DNA from: the human T2T-CHM13v2.0 reference genome, Homo sapiens
DNA: 64,000 nt
NCBI RefSeq assembly: GCF_009914755.1
Contig: NC_060945.1
Strand: one strand, 5' to 3'
Shown here: positions 56,701 to 64,000 of the stretch, piece after piece
Layout of the letters: the number at the start of each line of letters is the position of its first letter
How positions within the stretch are numbered: the stretch's first letter is position 1
The notes under the pieces: generated by a model
Told to the model about the DNA's origin: nothing
Databases searched by the model: none
What the model saw: only the letters and a program-made list of their open reading frames with translations
Translations under genes and position numbers: made by a program

Positions 56701-57483
56701 GAATGGAATGGAATTGAAAGGAATGCAATAGAATGGAATGGAATCCTCTCGAGTGGAATGGAATGGTATGGATTGGAGTGAAATGCAATAAACAGGACTT
56801 GAATCAACCCGAGTGGAGTGGAGTGGAATGGAATGGAATGGAATGGAATGGAATGGAATGGAATGCAATGGAATGGCATTCAATCAATCCAAGGGGAATG
56901 GAATGGAATGGAATTGAATGGAATGGAATGCAATGGAATGGCATTCAATCAATCCAAGGGGAATGGAATGGAATGGAATTGAATGGAATGGAATAGAATA
57001 GAATGGAATTGAATCAATCCGAGTGGAATGGAATGGAATGGAATGGAATGGAATAGAAAAGAATTGAATTAACCCGAGTGGAATGGAATGGATAAGAATG
57101 GAATGGAGTAGAATGGAATTGAATCAACTCGAGTGAAATGGAATGGAAACGAATGGAATGGAATGGAACCAACCCGAATGGAATTGAATGGAATGGAATG
57201 GAAAGGAAAGGAATGGAAAGGAATGGAATGGAAAGGAATGGAATGGAATGCAAAGGAAAGGCATGGAATTGAATCAACCTGAGTTGAGTGGAATGGAATG
57301 CAATGGAATGAAATGCAGTGGAATGGAGTAGAAAGGAATTGAATCAACCAAAATGGAGTGGAATGTAATGTAATGTAATGGAATGGAATGGAATAGAATG
57401 GAATTGAATCAAATCGAGTGGAATGAAATGGAGTTGAAGTGAATGGAATAGAATGGAATGGAATGGAATGGAATGGAATGGAA

Positions 57484-57915
57484 TGGAAAGGCAGGGAATG
57501 GAATGGTTTGGAACAGAATGGAATTGATTTAACCCGAGTGGAATGGAATGGAATGGTAAGGAATGGAGTGGAATGGAATGGAATGGAATGGAATGCAGTG
57601 GAATAGAATGGAATTGAATCAACCCAAGTGGAAAGGAATGGAATGGAATGGAATGGAATGGAATAGAATGGAACTGAATCAACCTGAGTGGATTGGAATG
57701 GAATGGAATGGAATGGAATGTAATGTAATGTAATGTAATGTAATGTAATGTAATGTAATGTAATGTAATGTAATGGAAAGGCAGGGAATGGAATGGTTTG
57801 GAACAGAATGGAATTGATTTAACCCGAGTGGAATGGAATGGAATGGTAAGGAATGGAGTGGAATGGAATGGAATGGAATGCAGTGGAATAGAATGGAATT
57901 GAATCAACCCAAATG
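57484..57915 (+). repeat. Local duplication at 290-bp offset
   Basis: GCAGGGAATGGAATGGTTTGGAACAGAATGGAATTGATTTAACCCGAGTG...GGTAAGG starts at 57,491 and at 57,781. Confidence 0.85.
57720..57774 (+). repeat. (GTAAT)11 variant-pentamer microsatellite
   Basis: Eleven uninterrupted GTAAT units in register with the surrounding GGAAT array. Confidence 0.95.
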
Positions 57916-58399
57916 GAAAGGAATGGAATGGAATGGAATAGAATGGAATTGAAACAACCTGAGTGGATTGGAATGGAATGGAATGGAATGGAATGGAATG
58001 GAATGAAATGGAATGGAATGGAATGGAATGGAATCAAAGCGAGTGGAGTGGAATTGAATGGAATGGAATGGAATGGAAAGGAATGGAATCAAATGGAATA
58101 GAATGGAATTGAATCAACACAAGTGGAAGGGAAGAGAATGGAATGGAACGGAATAGAATGGAATGGGATGGAATGGAATAGAATGGAATGGAATAGAATG
58201 GAATTGAATCAACCCGAGTGGAATGGAATGGAATGGAATGCAGTGGCGTGGAATGGAATGGCATGTAATGAAATGGAATAGAAGGGAATTGAATCAACCC
58301 GAGTATAAAGGAATATAATGCAATGCAATGGCAATGAATGGAATTGCAGGTAATGGAATGGAATAGAGTGGAATTGAATCACCCCGAGTGGAATGGAAT

Positions 58400-60910
58400 G
58401 GAATGGAATGGAATGGAATGGAATGGAATGGAATGGAATGGAAAGGAATGGAGTGGAATGGAATTTAAAGGAATGGAATGGAAAGGAAAGGAATGGAAAG
58501 GAATGGAGTGGAATGGAATTTAAAGGAATGGAATGGAAAGGAAAGGAATGGAAAGGAATGGAATGGAATGCAAACAACCCGAATGGAATGGAATGGAATG
58601 GAATGGAATGGAATGTAAAAGAATGGATTGAAATGCAATAGAAAGGAATTGAAACAACCCGAGTGGAATGGAATGGAAAGGAATGGAATGGAATTGAAGT
58701 AATGTGAGTGGAATGGAATGGAATTGAAGTAATGTGAGTGGAATGGAATGGAATGGAATAGAATGGAATTGAATCAACCAGAGTTGAGTGGAATGGAATG
58801 GAATGGAATGGAATGAAATGGAAAGGAATGGAATGGAATGGAATGGAATGGAATGGAACTGAATCAACCCGAGTGGAATGGAATGTAATGAAATGGAATG
58901 AAATGAAATGTAATGTAATGGAATGGAATGGAATGGAATGGAATGGAATGGAATGGGACGGAATAGATTGGAAATGAATCAACACCAGTGGAATGGAATG
59001 GAATGGAATGGAATGGAATGGAATGGATTGGAGTGGAATGGAATAGAATGCAATTGAATCAACACGAGTACAATGGAATGGAAATGAATGGAATGGAATG
59101 GAAAGGAATGGAATGGAATGGAATGCAATGGAATAGAATGGAATGGAATGGAGTGGAATTGAAACAAACCGAGTGGAACGGAATTGAATTGAATGGAATA
59201 GGGTGGAACTGAATCATACGGATGGGAATGGAATGGAATGGAATGGAGTGGAATGGAATGGAATGGAATGGAATGGAGTGGAATGGAATGGAATGGAATG
59301 GAATGGAATAGAATGGAATGGAATGGAAGAGAAAGGAATTGAATCAACCAGAGTGGAATGGAATGTAGTGGAATGCAATGGAATGGAATGGAAAGGAATG
59401 GAATGGAGTGGAGTAGATGATTGGATTTGGAACAAACCGAGTGGAACACAATGAAACGGAATGGAATAGAATTGAATTGAAAAAAACCGAATGGAATGGA
59501 ATGCAATGGAATGGAATAGAATGGAATAGAATAGAATGGAAATGAATCAACCCATGTGGAATGGAATGGAATGGATTGGAATGAAATGGAATGGAATGGA
59601 ATGGTTTGGAATAGAATGTAATAGAATTCAGTTGAATCAACACGATTGGAATGGAATGGAATGGAATGGATCAGAATGCAATTGAATCAACCAGAGAGGA
59701 ATGGAATGGAATGGAATGCAATGGAATGGAATGAAACGGAATGAATCAACACGAGTGGAATGGAATGGAATGGAATGGAATGGAATGGAATGGAATAGGA
59801 TAGAATGGAAATGAATCAACCCATGTGGAATCGAATGGAATGGATTGGAATGAAATGGAATGGAATTGAATGGATTGGAGTAGAATGTAATAGAATTCAG
59901 TTGAATCAACACGATTGGAATGGAAAGGAATGGAATGGAATGGAATGGATCAGAATGCAATTTAATCAAACTGAGAGGAATGGAATGGAATGCAATTAAA
60001 TGGAATGGAATGGAATGGAATGGAAGTGAAAGGAATGGAGTGAAGTGCAATAGAATAGAATTGAATCAACGTAGGGGAATGGAATGGAATGGAATGGAAA
60101 GGAATGGAATGGATTCGAATGGAATGGAATGGAATGGAATTATATGCAATAGAATGGAATGGAATGGAATGAAAACGAATTTAATGGAATGGAATGGAAA
60201 GGAATCTAATAGAATTGAATTGAATCAACCCCAGTGGAGAGGAATGGTATTTAATGGAATGGAATGGAATGGAATGGAATGAAATGGAATGGAGTAGTAT
60301 GGAATTGAATCAACCCGAGTGGAATGGAATGGAATTGAATGGAATGGAATTGAATGGAGTAGAGTGGAATTGAAACAAACCGAGTGGAACGGAATTGAAA
60401 GGAATGGAATAGAATGGAATTGAAACAAGCCGAGTGGAATGGAATGGAACGGAATGGAATGGAATGCAATAGCATGGAATGGAATGGAATGGAATATAAT
60501 GGAATGGAATGGAATAGAAAGGCATTGAATTAACCCGAGTGGAATGGAATGGAATGGAATGGAACGGAATGGAATGGAATGGAATAGAATGGAGTAGAAT
60601 GGAATTGAAACAAACCGAGTGGAACGGAATTGAATGGAATGGAATAGAATTGAATTGAATCAAATCGAGTGGAATGGAATGAAATGGAATGGAATGGAAT
60701 GGAATGGAATGGAATAGAATGGAATGGAATGGAATGGAATGAAATAGAATGGAATGGAGTCAACACATGTGGAATGGAATGGAATGGAATGCTTTGGAAT
60801 TCAATGGATTTGAGTGGAATGAAATAGAATGCAGTTGAATCAACACGAGCAGAATGAAATGGAATGGAATGGTATGGAATGGAAGAGAATGCAAATGAAT
60901 CAACCTGAGT
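58400..60910 (+). repeat. Copy 1 of an apparently exact 2,511-bp tandem duplication
   Basis: More than ten ORF pairs have identical translations at offset 2,511 (e.g. 58,520/61,031, 58,979/61,490, 59,637/62,148, 60,530/63,041). No nucleotide differences were seen in spot checks. Confidence 0.95.
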
Positions 60911-63421
60911 GGAATGGAATGGAATGGAATGGAATGGAATGGAATGGAATGGAAAGGAATGGAGTGGAATGGAATTTAAAGGAATGGAATGGAAAGGAAA
61001 GGAATGGAAAGGAATGGAGTGGAATGGAATTTAAAGGAATGGAATGGAAAGGAAAGGAATGGAAAGGAATGGAATGGAATGCAAACAACCCGAATGGAAT
61101 GGAATGGAATGGAATGGAATGGAATGTAAAAGAATGGATTGAAATGCAATAGAAAGGAATTGAAACAACCCGAGTGGAATGGAATGGAAAGGAATGGAAT
61201 GGAATTGAAGTAATGTGAGTGGAATGGAATGGAATTGAAGTAATGTGAGTGGAATGGAATGGAATGGAATAGAATGGAATTGAATCAACCAGAGTTGAGT
61301 GGAATGGAATGGAATGGAATGGAATGAAATGGAAAGGAATGGAATGGAATGGAATGGAATGGAATGGAACTGAATCAACCCGAGTGGAATGGAATGTAAT
61401 GAAATGGAATGAAATGAAATGTAATGTAATGGAATGGAATGGAATGGAATGGAATGGAATGGAATGGGACGGAATAGATTGGAAATGAATCAACACCAGT
61501 GGAATGGAATGGAATGGAATGGAATGGAATGGAATGGATTGGAGTGGAATGGAATAGAATGCAATTGAATCAACACGAGTACAATGGAATGGAAATGAAT
61601 GGAATGGAATGGAAAGGAATGGAATGGAATGGAATGCAATGGAATAGAATGGAATGGAATGGAGTGGAATTGAAACAAACCGAGTGGAACGGAATTGAAT
61701 TGAATGGAATAGGGTGGAACTGAATCATACGGATGGGAATGGAATGGAATGGAATGGAGTGGAATGGAATGGAATGGAATGGAATGGAGTGGAATGGAAT
61801 GGAATGGAATGGAATGGAATAGAATGGAATGGAATGGAAGAGAAAGGAATTGAATCAACCAGAGTGGAATGGAATGTAGTGGAATGCAATGGAATGGAAT
61901 GGAAAGGAATGGAATGGAGTGGAGTAGATGATTGGATTTGGAACAAACCGAGTGGAACACAATGAAACGGAATGGAATAGAATTGAATTGAAAAAAACCG
62001 AATGGAATGGAATGCAATGGAATGGAATAGAATGGAATAGAATAGAATGGAAATGAATCAACCCATGTGGAATGGAATGGAATGGATTGGAATGAAATGG
62101 AATGGAATGGAATGGTTTGGAATAGAATGTAATAGAATTCAGTTGAATCAACACGATTGGAATGGAATGGAATGGAATGGATCAGAATGCAATTGAATCA
62201 ACCAGAGAGGAATGGAATGGAATGGAATGCAATGGAATGGAATGAAACGGAATGAATCAACACGAGTGGAATGGAATGGAATGGAATGGAATGGAATGGA
62301 ATGGAATAGGATAGAATGGAAATGAATCAACCCATGTGGAATCGAATGGAATGGATTGGAATGAAATGGAATGGAATTGAATGGATTGGAGTAGAATGTA
62401 ATAGAATTCAGTTGAATCAACACGATTGGAATGGAAAGGAATGGAATGGAATGGAATGGATCAGAATGCAATTTAATCAAACTGAGAGGAATGGAATGGA
62501 ATGCAATTAAATGGAATGGAATGGAATGGAATGGAAGTGAAAGGAATGGAGTGAAGTGCAATAGAATAGAATTGAATCAACGTAGGGGAATGGAATGGAA
62601 TGGAATGGAAAGGAATGGAATGGATTCGAATGGAATGGAATGGAATGGAATTATATGCAATAGAATGGAATGGAATGGAATGAAAACGAATTTAATGGAA
62701 TGGAATGGAAAGGAATCTAATAGAATTGAATTGAATCAACCCCAGTGGAGAGGAATGGTATTTAATGGAATGGAATGGAATGGAATGGAATGAAATGGAA
62801 TGGAGTAGTATGGAATTGAATCAACCCGAGTGGAATGGAATGGAATTGAATGGAATGGAATTGAATGGAGTAGAGTGGAATTGAAACAAACCGAGTGGAA
62901 CGGAATTGAAAGGAATGGAATAGAATGGAATTGAAACAAGCCGAGTGGAATGGAATGGAACGGAATGGAATGGAATGCAATAGCATGGAATGGAATGGAA
63001 TGGAATATAATGGAATGGAATGGAATAGAAAGGCATTGAATTAACCCGAGTGGAATGGAATGGAATGGAATGGAACGGAATGGAATGGAATGGAATAGAA
63101 TGGAGTAGAATGGAATTGAAACAAACCGAGTGGAACGGAATTGAATGGAATGGAATAGAATTGAATTGAATCAAATCGAGTGGAATGGAATGAAATGGAA
63201 TGGAATGGAATGGAATGGAATGGAATAGAATGGAATGGAATGGAATGGAATGAAATAGAATGGAATGGAGTCAACACATGTGGAATGGAATGGAATGGAA
63301 TGCTTTGGAATTCAATGGATTTGAGTGGAATGAAATAGAATGCAGTTGAATCAACACGAGCAGAATGAAATGGAATGGAATGGTATGGAATGGAAGAGAA
63401 TGCAAATGAATCAACCTGAGT
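60911..63421 (+). repeat. Copy 2 of an apparently exact 2,511-bp tandem duplication
   Basis: CAACCTGAGT ends both copies (60,901-60,910 and 63,412-63,421). Identity continues for a further 39 bp of pure GGAAT to 63,460. Confidence 0.95.
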
Positions 63422-64000
63422 GGAATGGAATGGAATGGAATGGAATGGAATGGAATGGAAGAGAATGGAATGGAATAGAATGGAATTGAATCAAACTGAG
63501 TGGAATGGAACGGAATGGAATGGAAAGGAATGGAATGGAAAGGAATGGAATGGAATGGAACAGAATGAAATAGAATGGAATAGAATCAACCCAACTGGAA
63601 TGGAATGGAATGGAATGGAATGGAATGGAATGGAATAGAAGGAAATGGAATGGAATGGAATGGAATGGATTGGAAAGGAATGGAACGGAATGGAATTGAA
63701 TGGAATACAATAGAATGAAATGAAATCCCCTCGAGTGGAATGGAATGGTATGGAATGGAGTGAAATGCAATAGAAAGGATTTGAACAAACACGAGTGGAG
63801 TGGAGTTTAATGGAGTGGAATGGAATGGAATGGAGTGGAATTCGGTCAACCCGAGTGTAATGGAATGCAATTGATTACCCGAGTGGAATGGAATGGAATG
63901 GAATGGAATGGAATGGAATGGAATAGAATGGAAATTATTCAACCAGTGTGGAATGGAATGGAAAGAAATGGAATGGAATGGAGTGCAGTGGAATGGAATA

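Larger units (their letters stand above)
1..64000 (+). repeat. Human satellite 3 (HSat3 / satellite III) array, diverged (GGAAT)n pentamer, GGAAT strand on +
   Basis: Every line is built from GGAAT pentamers and their variants (AGAAT, TGAAT, GCAAT, GTAAT, GGAGT, GGAAA, CGAAT). There is no non-satellite interruption and no strand switch. The GATGAT-rich units typical of HSat2 are absent. Confidence 0.97.
39541..64000 (+). repeat. HSat3 domain 2: CAACCCGAGT-type (HSat3B-like, classical satellite III decamer ACTCGGGTTG on - strand)
   Basis: GGAAT runs are purer and are punctuated roughly every 45-150 bp by TGAAT-CAACC-CGAGT and variants (CAACACGAGT, CAACCTGAGT, CAACCAGAGT, CAACTGGAAT). The first examples are at 39,541, 39,646 and 39,756. 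GGACTCGAAT disappears. Confidence 0.85.

Noticed and set aside
1-64000. Several hundred ORFs, including the 529-aa (4,317-5,906, -) and 438-aa (22,710-24,026, -) frames
   Set aside because: Pure (GGAAT)n and (ATTCC)n have no stop codon in any frame and translate to MEWNG or HSIPF repeats. The ORFs overlap in all frames on both strands, show no domain-like sequence, and end at random variant pentamers.
39541-64000. CRISPR-like appearance: a conserved ~25-bp cassette separated by variable spacers
   Set aside because: The spacers are only GGAAT multimers of irregular length, not unique sequence. The cassette is not palindromic, there are no cas genes, and it is the known satellite III decamer.
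1-64000. HSat2, alpha satellite, telomeric repeats
   Set aside because: There are no recurrent GATGAT/ATCATC-containing HSat2 units, no 171-bp monomers or CENP-B boxes, and no TTAGGG arrays.
1-64000. Specific chromosome or numbered HSat3 subfamily assignment
   Set aside because: This cannot be determined by eye. It needs subfamily k-mer classification and mapping to T2T assemblies. Human versus great-ape origin is also not strictly established.
1-64000. Discrete promoters, heat-shock elements or terminators
   Set aside because: GAA- and GGAATG-type cores are present everywhere by construction, and inverted nGAAn/nTTCn arrangements are sporadic. No individual site can be singled out from sequence alone.
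1-64000. A previously undescribed gene-based biological system or hidden non-satellite insert
   Set aside because: Reading through the window found no unique-sequence segment of meaningful length. All structure is explained by satellite subfamily composition and duplications.

Overview
The whole 64 kb window is non-coding (GGAAT)n/(CATTC)n pentamer satellite of the human/great-ape satellite 3 (HSat3, classical satellite III) type, with GGAAT on the + strand throughout. I see no gene, RNA gene, Alu/L1, alpha satellite or unique sequence. All listed ORFs are artefacts of the stop-free pentamer (poly-MEWNG on +, poly-HSIPF on -). There are two compositionally distinct domains. In 1-~39,445 the interspersed decamer is GGACTCGAAT (HSat3A-like). 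In ~39,541-64,000 it is CAACCCGAGT, usually within AGAAT-GGAAT-TGAAT-CAACC-CGAGT (HSat3B-like). They are joined directly, on the same strand and in the same 5-bp register, within a ~100-bp interval. Over this lies a layered duplication history: an apparently perfect 2,511-bp tandem duplication (58,400-63,460), a near-identical ~570-bp dispersed copy 3,569 bp apart, older diverged repeats at ~0.9, ~1.0, ~1.7-2.1 and ~3.5 kb spacing, many 24-290 bp local duplications, and a (GTAAT)11 variant-pentamer run. I found no support for a novel protein-coding or other biological system; what is interesting here is satellite architecture and evolution. Alignments were done by eye, so identities and most boundaries are approximate.
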